A stretch of DNA of 32,000 nucleotides. It comes from Candidatus Saccharimonadota bacterium (GTDB lineage Bacteria > Patescibacteriota > Saccharimonadia > Saccharimonadales > UBA4665). Below are positions 16,526 through 25,276 of the stretch, one piece after another (within the stretch, counting starts at the first letter, position 1; each line of letters starts with the position of its first letter). A program made the translations under genes and the position numbers. Where the stretch lies: contig CP025011.1 in the NCBI GenBank assembly GCA_002952755.1, forward strand, positions 930,001 to 962,000, written 5' to 3'. The notes below the pieces were generated by a model. It ran no database searches and was not told the DNA's origin. It saw nothing but the letters and a program-made list of their open reading frames with translations.

Positions 16526-16762
16526 ACGAGATGCTGCGGGGGTATCTCTCTACAGAGTCGTTCTACTCATTCGATCTCTAGTGATAAGTGCTCCAAGTAT
16601 GGGACTAAGGACTACCGCACAGTATGTGAGATAGATCCAGGGGAACTGGCCAATATAGAAATCATGCGCACTTAAGGGATAAGGGGGGCAAGGAATCGAG
16701 CCCAGCCTTAGTAAGGCTGCGAACTACGCTCCGATGATCTTTTCCGTTTTATCGTTATGCAA

Positions 16763-17449
16763 TTACTTATCGCGTACTTTTAAAAAGTTGGCTTCGATGA
16801 CGTGACCATGGTCAATGACGCTGTCAACATCCAAATCAAAACCCAGTAGTGTCATCATTTTGCCGGTTGGGGTGCGCAATGCAGCAATCCTTTGTCGCTC
16901 TGTGCCACTCAGCGTACGGAGAGCTGGATCATTCATATGCTGGCGAAATAACATTGCATTCGTAGGATAGGATGGGTCATCGACCGTCCAATTAGACCGG
17001 AAGACTTCTACCGGATTGCCAACTTCATCCAAGTAATCGATCGTTTGCCTCATCTGCTCGGCTGGTCGGATGTCCGGATGTTTACGCGACGGCCAATCCC
17101 CTGGTGCGCGTGAGCGTATTATTGCCCGTAGCAAACCAGGTCGTTCTATATATGCGCTGAACATATACATCGGTAGCGGGTGCCCCACGCCAATGGTGTC
17201 CGGCGCCAATAGTGTGTAGTCAGCTATACTAACGCCCCTACCGGTTGTCTGCACCGTGAGCACGTTACCATTGAGAGTGCGCACACGCTCATGCATGTTC
17301 AAATGGAGTTCGGGAATAGCCAACTCATTAGGACGTCGATTTTCAAATTGTATTTCGTGCATGGCAACTGTTGTCTCAAATATATGCTTCTTGTCATTTG
17401 CTTTATCGAGATGCTTAAAGGTTTGGGGATGTTCACTGTCCCTAGCCAC
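16763..17449 (-). CDS. Hypothetical protein (no recognisable motif)
   Basis: 228-aa ORF with a GTG start at 17449. A TATAAT lies only 2 nt upstream of that GTG, so the true start may be the internal ATG at 17362. Confidence 0.55.
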   Translation of the reverse strand: MARDSEHPQTFKHLDKANDKKHIFETTVAMHEIQFENRRPNELAIPELHLNMHERVRTLNGNVLTVQTTGRGVSIADYTLLAPDTIGVGHPLPMYMFSAYIERPGLLRAIIRSRAPGDWPSRKHPDIRPAEQMRQTIDYLDEVGNPVEVFRSNWTVDDPSYPTNAMLFRQHMNDPALRTLSGTERQRIAALRTPTGKMMTLLGFDLDVDSVIDHGHVIEANFLKVRDK

Positions 17450-17817
17450 GCATTATAAACAGTCAGGAGCGGCTGTTTGTAAGTTCTAACCATTTCGGAC
17501 CTTTAGCTTGGGGTAGCTAATCTCAGAATACAACTTAACGAACGGGTCGCTAAAGCCATCTTGTTTTGATTAGACATCATTGCAGCAACAATCAGAGGGA
17601 AGCCATTTTCGCTATTGCTACTTCTTGCCGGTTATTCTATGTATTCTATAGCCTTCAGTCGTCCGGGCAAAAAGGCGAGGTGACGCCAATCTCTCAACCA
17701 AATCCACAGCCCAAACCTGCTGCCTATCCAGGGAGATGCTACACACATCGTACACAATTGCTACGCAAACCCGCCACCGTCTCACTGTAATCATCAGCTT
17801 GCAGTCGCCAGCTCCAG

Positions 17818-18921
17818 CTAAGCACTTCCCAGCTTCTGGACAAATTGACGGGGCAATCGAGCTCGCAGCTCTTCACGGGCAAACTTCCGCAGAGGTTCCT
17901 TTTTCACTAAATAGGTTTCCAGTTTAAGATACGTTTCGGTCAGCTTACTGACCTCAGTTTCTGAGAATGACGAATCAGGCCCTTTACGAACGGTAATCAT
18001 GCGAACTGGGTCCAAGAGAGGGTCAATTTCCTTTGGCGTAGAGACGAGTGCCGCCGCGTACAGCACAATGTCCAAGGGCCGGGCGTCCTCTGGCACAGTA
18101 CCGTATTGACTGCCGACAGTTTTGTACAGCTGACCCGAGCGCAAGAAGCAAATACTTGTAACAAAAAAGGGCGTCAAGACCAAGGCGTGCGTATTGTACC
18201 AGATCAGAATTGGTATATTCGGGCCTACGGTCTGTACCACAACCAGACTCACGAAAGCAAAAGATGCAACCCCGAGAGCAAAGACTAACCATGTCGTTGC
18301 CGGCTGATATGACGCACCAATCACCTTACGGATATTAGCCGCTACCAAAACCCCAGCCAGAGTGAATCCACCGCTCCATCCGAGCATGCCGAACAATAGG
18401 CTAATCAAAGCCCGATCACTCCCCACGCTTGCGGTTGTCGGCGCCATATAACCGCCTACATAAGCCGCCGTGCCCATAACGATCGCGAGGCCCAAGGCCA
18501 GCCATAGATTCCGCCATCCACCATCTACCTTAAGCAACCCGGCAAACTTCCGCACCGCGAAATACAGCATGACACTACCAACAGTCCAGGGCGCGATCAA
18601 TAAGAATTGTGCCAGGATAGGATTAATGGCGGGGAAGACGTGCAACAAAGCATACGTCACCGGTAGTTGCAGCTGCGATAACCCAAATAGCACCAGGCCT
18701 ACCGACAGAAAACCATACGCCACTTTGAGCCCACGCTGAAAGTTCTTTAGTGCTGTTAAGAAATACCACAGAGCGCCACTATGAACGACAAAAATACTGA
18801 ACATGGAAGCATCGGTTATCGCAAGTGCCCAGGTAGGGGTGTCCTTTGGCGCTCGCCATATCAAACATGCGATGCTAAGCACCAAACTAATAATAAGATA
18901 GGCTGCAAATTGTTTTTTCAT
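17818..18921 (-). CDS. 8-TM membrane protein with a C-terminal soluble domain (paralog A of the permuted pair)
   Basis: GGAG lies 7 nt upstream of ATG 18921. About 8 hydrophobic helices including 'GLSQLQLP' and 'AVRKFAG'. C-terminal ~90 aa: 'IDPLLDPVRMITVRKG..LETYLVKKEPLRKFAREEL'. Confidence 0.8.
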   Translation of the reverse strand: MKKQFAAYLIISLVLSIACLIWRAPKDTPTWALAITDASMFSIFVVHSGALWYFLTALKNFQRGLKVAYGFLSVGLVLFGLSQLQLPVTYALLHVFPAINPILAQFLLIAPWTVGSVMLYFAVRKFAGLLKVDGGWRNLWLALGLAIVMGTAAYVGGYMAPTTASVGSDRALISLLFGMLGWSGGFTLAGVLVAANIRKVIGASYQPATTWLVFALGVASFAFVSLVVVQTVGPNIPILIWYNTHALVLTPFFVTSICFLRSGQLYKTVGSQYGTVPEDARPLDIVLYAAALVSTPKEIDPLLDPVRMITVRKGPDSSFSETEVSKLTETYLKLETYLVKKEPLRKFAREELRARLPRQFVQKLGSA

Positions 18922-18973
18922 TTGCAACTCCGGTAAAGATCGCCCACCACGTTCCCCCTAAATTAATACTGCT

Positions 18974-18988
18974 TATGCTATAAGCATA
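18974..18988. promoter_or_regulatory. 6-3-6 palindrome TATGCT-ATA-AGCATA in the divergent intergenic region (possible operator)
   Basis: Perfect inverted repeat, about 55 nt upstream of the paralog A start. Confidence 0.25.
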
Positions 18989-19152
18989 GAACCTAATCAG
19001 CCCTCCCGTCAAACAAAAAACTCTGTAGCTTGATCGCAAGCGGCTCCCAGTGGCAAAAAGTTTAGAGCCGGCAGGGCAGCTCCTTCACGATACTGCTCGC
19101 GTAGTGATCGTCGTCACAGTCGTGCGGTTATCGTCTCGACTATACTTCGATC

Positions 19153-20535
19153 ATGGCAACCAATCTCCGCAAATATATCGTTGGACTTGATGCGTCAGTG
19201 CCAGTACGTGGCGGCATGCGGCCATATATCAACCTGGATAACGCAGCCAGCACACCTCCGTTCAGGAGCGTTTTAGAAGCAGTGGATCACTTCTCGCCGT
19301 GGTACTCTTCCGTACATCGTGGTAACGGCCTCAAAAGCCGCCTGAGCACCGAGGCCTACGAGGAAGCCCGTCAGATTGTGGCCGCATTTGTCAGCGCGAA
19401 TTCAGACGAGCGTGTGGTGATCTTCGGTAAAAATACAACTGAAGCGATCAATAAACTCTCGTATCGTCTACCCCTAAAGAAAACCGACATCGTGCTTATC
19501 TCGCATCTCGAGCACCACAGCAACGATCTGCCCTGGCGGGCACGGGCTACAGTAAAAAGGATCGGTTTAACGCCTGAAGGCGGCATTGACCGGGCAGATT
19601 TCGTGGCCCTACTGGATAAATATGGCGGACGCATTAAGCTGGTGGCGATTTCCGGCGCGTCCAATGTGACGGGGCACATTCCGGATATTCACTGGTTTGC
19701 CCGCAAAGCTCATGAAGCCGGTGCACAAATCCTCGTGGACTGCGCCCAGCTAGCAGCCCACCGGCCCATCCGCATAGGCAGCCTGGAAGATCCGGAGCAT
19801 CTGGACTACATAGCGATTTCCGGCCATAAAATGTACGCGCCGTTCGGCACAGGGGCGCTTATCGGGCGGCGGGATACCTTCATGCGCAGCGAGCCGGAGT
19901 ACCGGGGCGGCGGCACGGTCAACCTGGTAACTCCCACTATCGTTGACTGGGCTGCATCACCAGATATTGATGAAGCCGGTTCACCAAATGTGATTGGAGC
20001 CGTTGCGTTAGCCCGCGCCATTAAGACGCTTGAACAGATTGGTCTAAATACCATTGCCGAACACGAAGCTGCCCTGACACGCTATGCCCTCACGAAGCTA
20101 AAAGAAGTGCCTAATGTAACGGTATACGGCGAAATAGAGCCAAGCTATGCCACCGGCCGCTCGGGTGTCATTCCTTTTACTGTCGGAAATGTGCCGCCGC
20201 ATTTAGTGGCGGCAATACTTGGTTTCGAGTGGGGTATCGGTGTGCGTAGCGGCTGCTTCTGCGCACAACCCTATGTGATGAGCCTGCTCGGGATCGACCG
20301 TCAAACGCAGTATCGCATTCGTTACAATCTGCTGCATAGGCGGCGCGATCTTATGCCTGGCATGGTGCGGATTAGTTTCGGCCTCTATAACACACGCGAG
20401 GAGATTAACGTGCTTATCAAGGCTTTGGCGGCCATCTCCGAGGGCAAATACGGTGGATATGCGGTAGATAGAGCAAACGGCTCTTATACTCCCATTGACG
20501 ACACCGAAGACCTTTCAGCTTATTTCAAAATCTAA
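19153..20535 (+). CDS. Class-V aminotransferase-fold PLP enzyme (cysteine desulfurase/SufS-like)
   Basis: 460 aa. PLP-lysine context 'ISGHKMYAPFGTGALIG'. SufS-like C-terminal 'RSGCFCAQPY' (compare RxGHHCAQP). TATACT 19141-19146 lies 6 nt upstream of the ATG. Confidence 0.88.
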   Translation: MATNLRKYIVGLDASVPVRGGMRPYINLDNAASTPPFRSVLEAVDHFSPWYSSVHRGNGLKSRLSTEAYEEARQIVAAFVSANSDERVVIFGKNTTEAINKLSYRLPLKKTDIVLISHLEHHSNDLPWRARATVKRIGLTPEGGIDRADFVALLDKYGGRIKLVAISGASNVTGHIPDIHWFARKAHEAGAQILVDCAQLAAHRPIRIGSLEDPEHLDYIAISGHKMYAPFGTGALIGRRDTFMRSEPEYRGGGTVNLVTPTIVDWAASPDIDEAGSPNVIGAVALARAIKTLEQIGLNTIAEHEAALTRYALTKLKEVPNVTVYGEIEPSYATGRSGVIPFTVGNVPPHLVAAILGFEWGIGVRSGCFCAQPYVMSLLGIDRQTQYRIRYNLLHRRRDLMPGMVRISFGLYNTREEINVLIKALAAISEGKYGGYAVDRANGSYTPIDDTEDLSAYFKI

Positions 20536-20579
20536 AACCTATCTCTAAAGTCGGACTTTCAGTCACAAGGAGATGAAGG

Positions 20580-22163
20580 TCAAGCTTCTTCGCCAAGCAG
20601 TTTCTTAAGTTGACGCTCGCGGTCTGCAGGATCCTGAATCGCCTCAACTTTAGCAAGCAAATCTGCAAGTTCCACCTGACTTACCGTCTGCAAATCCGTA
20701 GCATTCACCTGTGCCTCGGTGCCGGCAAGTTTGACTACGGCCTCGTCTGTATACTCAGATGAACCACTAGCCTCAGCCCTAATGCGTCGATGTAATTCGA
20801 GTATTGGTCCATGGGTGTCGGTCATATCAGGAAGCTCCGGGGCGCTCAGGACTACACCGCCTTGTAAGGCGAACGAAACCAGCGTGTAGTAGATTGCATT
20901 ACGTCGGTACGCATTCGGCACCCGGTTAATATACGGTATGGCAGCGACAGGCCCTATATCTCGAAGCAAGTGCCGATAGGCAACCATCCTATGCTGCTGT
21001 TTCCCGCTGTCGAAGGCAAGGGCGTTGATGGCAGCTTGTGAGTCACCCCATTCAGCGCGATTTAGTTGGACGTTGAATGTGTCCGTTTCCTCGGCGACTG
21101 CCGATGTAAAACCCTTAAGATATTCGTCAAAACCCTGTCGCCCTATAAGGTGTGGCCAGGTATCTGCGAGGAGAGGTATGGTTTCATCCCACCAGCGGCC
21201 GTACTCGGGAGTGGGTTCCGGTGACTTCTTGGGTAATCCTCCACCCTCTAAGGCGTCGAGGCCTGCTTCGAATAGATCAAACGCCCAAGTTACTGGCGCC
21301 CAAATGCCATCCTGATGGAATCGATCCGCCGCAGCCTCTTTGGCTATTTCGGTACGCGTTTTCCATTGTTTTCCTGGCGGTTTTAGCTTTTCAGCCTGTG
21401 CATCCAAATATTTGCCATAACGAAGCGCAGTCGACTCGTCAGTGCTTTTGGCAAGCACTGCGGCCACGGCAATACAGACTGCCTGCCTTCCCTCTGCAGC
21501 ACCAAAAAGATCTTCTGCAGGCCGCCCCTTACTAAGGTCATGCCGAGCCAGTCTAGCGAGGAGATACGGCTCTACACCAAACGAATGCATTAAAGTACTT
21601 CGATAATCAGGATCATCGCTCGCACGGTACGCATCGAGTAGATTTTGGGCGTGCATAAAAGGGAACGACTCACTACTCCGCAGCAGAATATGTTTGGCCT
21701 CGTCAGGTCGACCACTTGCCAACATCCCCATACCAAGCTCATCTGATCGACCAGCTTGTCCTTCGGGCACTTTCTCGCCGGAAAGCAATTGATTGGCAAG
21801 GTCCTCATTACCAGCCATAAGTGCAAGACTGCCAGCCTCGATACAAATCTCCGCAACGACATCCCGCCATTTATCGTAGCCGCCCTCGTTGCTCTGGTTG
21901 ATTCGCGCAACCACTCCAAGATACTCATCCTGAGCTCGCGCAAGCCGGCGTCGGGCCCATCCCGGTAGCTCATCTTGATCTTGCGCCTCAACCTTTTGAG
22001 CCGAGCGTGGATAATGTGCCGCAAAGTACGCGTCAAATGTCGGAGGTACCTCATATCCCACCTGAAGATCTACTGTAGCTCGCCCCTCCCAGCTAGACAT
22101 CAGCTCTGCCGCAGGTCCAGGTCCCATTACTGGGCCTCCTAAACCAAATCGTTTGTCAGACAT
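20580..22163 (-). CDS. Large soluble orphan protein, predicted mainly alpha-helical
   Basis: 527 aa from ATG 22163 ('MSDKRFGLGG'), which has AAAGGA 6 nt upstream. No TM segment or catalytic motif recognised. Confidence 0.72.
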   Translation of the reverse strand: MSDKRFGLGGPVMGPGPAAELMSSWEGRATVDLQVGYEVPPTFDAYFAAHYPRSAQKVEAQDQDELPGWARRRLARAQDEYLGVVARINQSNEGGYDKWRDVVAEICIEAGSLALMAGNEDLANQLLSGEKVPEGQAGRSDELGMGMLASGRPDEAKHILLRSSESFPFMHAQNLLDAYRASDDPDYRSTLMHSFGVEPYLLARLARHDLSKGRPAEDLFGAAEGRQAVCIAVAAVLAKSTDESTALRYGKYLDAQAEKLKPPGKQWKTRTEIAKEAAADRFHQDGIWAPVTWAFDLFEAGLDALEGGGLPKKSPEPTPEYGRWWDETIPLLADTWPHLIGRQGFDEYLKGFTSAVAEETDTFNVQLNRAEWGDSQAAINALAFDSGKQQHRMVAYRHLLRDIGPVAAIPYINRVPNAYRRNAIYYTLVSFALQGGVVLSAPELPDMTDTHGPILELHRRIRAEASGSSEYTDEAVVKLAGTEAQVNATDLQTVSQVELADLLAKVEAIQDPADRERQLKKLLGEEA

Positions 22164-22341
22164 AGGTAGTCCTTTCACTTTATGCACGGTATCAGGATAT
22201 GATTATTAATAATTCACTAACTTACTACCCCGGTCAAGCTAAATCTACCCAATGATTCGGAATAATCCACAGAAAATATCCTGCGATTTATTTTTAGGAC
22301 TGGCGAGCGGCTGCCGATGCTCGCTATCAATTGAACAACCA

Positions 22342-22369
22342 TTGAATTATCTCGTGGCGTGGCTATAAT
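22342..22369 (+). promoter_or_regulatory. Sigma70-type promoter TTGAAT-N16-TATAAT
   Basis: -35 at 22342-22347, -10 at 22364-22369, about 24 nt upstream of ATG 22393. Confidence 0.55.
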
Positions 22370-22392
22370 ACCCATAGAGAAGACTAATAAAA

Positions 22393-22803
22393 ATGAACAA
22401 AAAACTCTCACGATATATAAACCTACAGACTCTTTTCTTCTTACATGGCGCAATAACCTTAGCGGCCGGCATTGTACTGGTCATCGACCCTAATCTCATA
22501 CCTGGTGTTGTGGGTATACGCTTGCCGTCCTCTGCCTATCTTGTGCCGTATCTTCTGGGAACCGCTGAGTTGTGCATTGCTGCGATATCATTCGGGGCCT
22601 GTAGGTTCGCAGATGGTCTCGCACTGCGCACAGTAGCTTGGTCATTCATCATCTTGCATGGATCAACGGCTCTCATCGAAATATACGCATATGCGCAGGG
22701 TCTGGACGCATTAATCTGGGGTAATGTTGTACTGCGTGTCATCGTAGTTGTACTCTTTGCCTATTTCGGGGTGTATCAACTAGCGGGCAAGACAACGAAG
22801 TAG
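22393..22803 (+). CDS. Small 4-TM membrane protein (hypothetical)
   Basis: 136 aa with four hydrophobic helices. A strong promoter lies upstream. Confidence 0.7.
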   Translation: MNKKLSRYINLQTLFFLHGAITLAAGIVLVIDPNLIPGVVGIRLPSSAYLVPYLLGTAELCIAAISFGACRFADGLALRTVAWSFIILHGSTALIEIYAYAQGLDALIWGNVVLRVIVVVLFAYFGVYQLAGKTTK

Positions 22804-22966
22804 GAGTGAATCGTGGACCGAAGCTCACATATGAGATTAAGGCCCCTCTTGCACAACTCACGCGTAAAACTAGCTAGAAGAACATTAATGAACTGCACTG
22901 ATTGATCCAAAGTATCTCGAGGTGATACGGGGCTTGAGCTAGAGCTTGGACACGTCTGCAGCAAGA

Positions 22967-24037
22967 CTAATATTCTGTTGCCCTTTTAAAAGAATAGCTC
23001 GTCCAAAGCCAGATCACATTTGAAACCATAAAAGGAATAGCAAGAATCCCAAACGTCGCTCCGAAAAGTGAGCCCTTGGCAAACAAAAAAACTAGAAAGA
23101 GCGTTAATCCTATAGCAGCAGTCATTTGCGAAGCGGCAAGCAAATGCATAGGCAGGGCGTAAATTTTAGTGCTTACCCCAGCGACCTTGCGAGTTAGCAT
23201 AGCGTTCAACACTAGCGTAAAAAGATTGGCGCTCATCACAGCCATCGAGAAATCAAAAAGCGCTTCGTTCTCAGGGCGTGAACTATGCGGAAGCACGACT
23301 GCCAGCGCTGCGATACCAATCCAAGCCGGCCCGATCACCTTGAGTGACATAAGAGGCGAGGAAGGTACGCCAACAATCTTGGCATAGCGACGTACTGCAA
23401 GGAACACGCATACAATCGCAATAAACGTCGGTGTGCTTACTCCACCATAGCGAAATAGCGGGGCCTGTTCTAGGTTCCAATAAGAAACGATTGGCAACTG
23501 TGTCTGGCTCAAACCCAGCACAAGCGAACTCACGCAGAGTAACGTATAGGCCGGCTGCAATTCCGGCTTAAAGTTGTGACGAGCCGTCCAATAAAATCCG
23601 ATTGCGCCCGCGCTCAAGGTCAAGAGAGCCAGCCATGAACCTAGCTGGCTGCGCTGCGATATATCGCCAATGCCAGGAATCGCCATCGCACCCACGAGTA
23701 TAACCACCATTACAGCAAGCACGCCATATAAGGCTCTACGTAGCTTGGAAAAATGCCCGGTAAGCATGTGCTCTCTTATCTTTTGCTCAAGTTCCTCCGG
23801 GGTAAAGACTCGAACAGGGTCATGGTGTATAAGATAGTCTTCAAGCTGCTGCTGCGTTTTCTGCAAAATTTTCAGATCTTGTTGTGTTGTCCCACTCCGA
23901 CTTGTCACGAGCCGTATAGCGTCAAGCATAGGATCAATCGCAGCCGTATTCGACGCCAAAGACGCTAGGTAAACCAACACTTCTATCTTAGACTCAAACA
24001 TGCTCGAACCTGAAGTAGGACCCTGCATTACACCCAT
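22967..24037 (-). CDS. 8-TM membrane protein with an N-terminal soluble domain (paralog B, domain order permuted relative to A)
   Basis: N-terminal 'IDPMLDAIRLVTSRSG..LEDYLIHHDPVRVFTPEEL' is followed by ~8 TM helices including 'GLSQTQLP' and 'AVRRYAK'. Confidence 0.8.
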   Translation of the reverse strand: MGVMQGPTSGSSMFESKIEVLVYLASLASNTAAIDPMLDAIRLVTSRSGTTQQDLKILQKTQQQLEDYLIHHDPVRVFTPEELEQKIREHMLTGHFSKLRRALYGVLAVMVVILVGAMAIPGIGDISQRSQLGSWLALLTLSAGAIGFYWTARHNFKPELQPAYTLLCVSSLVLGLSQTQLPIVSYWNLEQAPLFRYGGVSTPTFIAIVCVFLAVRRYAKIVGVPSSPLMSLKVIGPAWIGIAALAVVLPHSSRPENEALFDFSMAVMSANLFTLVLNAMLTRKVAGVSTKIYALPMHLLAASQMTAAIGLTLFLVFLFAKGSLFGATFGILAIPFMVSNVIWLWTSYSFKRATEY

Positions 24038-24333
24038 ACTATCAATTGTAAGCTCATCTGACTCGCCGGCAAAGGATTTAAAGGTCGCATCAAACGTGGC
24101 ACTTTTATGGCCGCCGGCTCGCCAGCGTGCATGCGTTTAGGCTTGTTCAAAAGCTTTAAGCAAGCCGTTAGGTAACCTTCCGCGATGAGTTTGTGTACCG
24201 GCTCTCTCACAATAAGGTAGTCTTCTAATGCAGATACGGATCGGTAGGCAGACTTATCGGCAGGCGAAAGTCCCCGTCCTGGCTCAAGTCGCACCGTCAT
24301 AATCCCACAAAGGGCTTCTCCATCCTTTGACAA
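24028..24333 (-). CDS. Small protein carrying only the distal half of the shared soluble domain (mini-paralog or gene remnant)
   Basis: 'IMTVRLEPGRG..ALEDYLIVREPVHKL' aligns to paralogs A and B. Its stop overlaps the start of B (ATGGGTGTAA). The ORF begins at TTG 24333, and an in-frame ATG lies at 24300. Confidence 0.45.
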   Translation of the reverse strand: MSKDGEALCGIMTVRLEPGRGLSPADKSAYRSVSALEDYLIVREPVHKLIAEGYLTACLKLLNKPKRMHAGEPAAIKVPRLMRPLNPLPASQMSLQLIVWV

Positions 24334-24382
24334 AATATTGCCAACTACTCCTATTGTGTTCTATATTAGGAAATACTAATTT

Positions 24383-25033
24383 ATGTCCTTACAACCTGAA
24401 AATTCAACTCCAGATGATGGCCTTCTAGTTAGTTTAGGTAATTGCGCTAACGTGCCGCCTCTTCACCCGGAGCCTTACGGTACAAATGACGAAGTACCAG
24501 TCGATGATGGATGGAACGAAACTATGGCTGAGATATTTGCCGATAAGTATTCATATATGTGCAATTATGTAGGTAGCTTGCTGCGTGGTTCGGCAATGGG
24601 TGGATCGAGTGCAGAAGATATCGCCAGCGACGCGATTGTGAATGTATATAAAACAAGAGGGCGGGGAGTAGGTATCCAAACCGCCAATGGGTATTTTAGA
24701 ACGACTGCGTACCATTGCGTGGTCAACGCAACGAGGAAACCTGATGCGCATACCCAGGCTATGCCGGAAGACTATGAGGAACACAGCCCCTCGTTTGAGC
24801 CTCGGGTCCTCAATAGCCAAGTCTTGCAGGAACTGCTGGCAGCCACAGAATTATCACCCCTGCACCTTGCCATCCTAGACTTAATGTACTTCCAAGGAAG
24901 AACCACTTCTGAGGCTGCGCGGGAGCTAAATATGCCAGTAGGTACCGTCAAATCAAGTAAATTTTACGCCCTAAAATGCATTCGTCGAACTGCAGAAAGA
25001 TTGGGACTGTCGGCAAGTGACTTTGGTGGCTAA
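24383..25033 (+). CDS. ECF-type sigma-70 family sigma factor
   Basis: 216 aa. Region 2-like 'AEDIASDAIVNVY..YFRTTAYHCVVNATRK'. Region 4 HTH 'YFQGRTTSEAARELNMPVGTVKSSKFYALKCIR'. About 45-aa N-terminal extension. AGGAA lies 10 nt upstream of the ATG. Confidence 0.85.
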   Translation: MSLQPENSTPDDGLLVSLGNCANVPPLHPEPYGTNDEVPVDDGWNETMAEIFADKYSYMCNYVGSLLRGSAMGGSSAEDIASDAIVNVYKTRGRGVGIQTANGYFRTTAYHCVVNATRKPDAHTQAMPEDYEEHSPSFEPRVLNSQVLQELLAATELSPLHLAILDLMYFQGRTTSEAARELNMPVGTVKSSKFYALKCIRRTAERLGLSASDFGG

Positions 25034-25276
25034 TGGCATCTTCATTAGATCACCGATTCGATCTGGAGACCCTCTTCTAGTGGCATCCAAGTGGGTCATT
25101 GCCCGCTATGCCTGCATAACAGGACCGCGGCTAGTAGCGGAGACAGGAACGGCTGGGTTGCTATCGCATAGAGGGATTGGCCATGCTAAAAAAAATTTGG
25201 CCAGAGGCAGCCAATCACTTAGATATGCCAGGGCTTGCTGTAACCCGCAGATGATTTGTTAACTTCGTAACCACAG

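Noticed and set aside
16517-16705. tmRNA-like signals: 'GCAAACGAG...' (16522-) resembling the E. coli tag start GCAAACGAC; 'AACTACGCT' (16722-16730); and 'GGGGGGCAAGGAATCGAG' (16683-16700) resembling a tmRNA 5' end
   Set aside because: There is no T-arm (GGTTCGAATCC) or ..CCACCA 3' end on either strand. The putative tag frame ends in ..FDL rather than a hydrophobic xAA tail. A plus-strand tmRNA starting at 16683 would have to run through the opposite-strand CDS at 16763-17449.
25017-25262. 81-codon ORF downstream of the sigma factor considered as the missing anti-sigma factor
   Set aside because: It has a non-ATG start inside the sigma gene's 3' end, no SD, no TM helix or ZAS motif, and an Arg/Gly/Cys-rich, non-protein-like composition.
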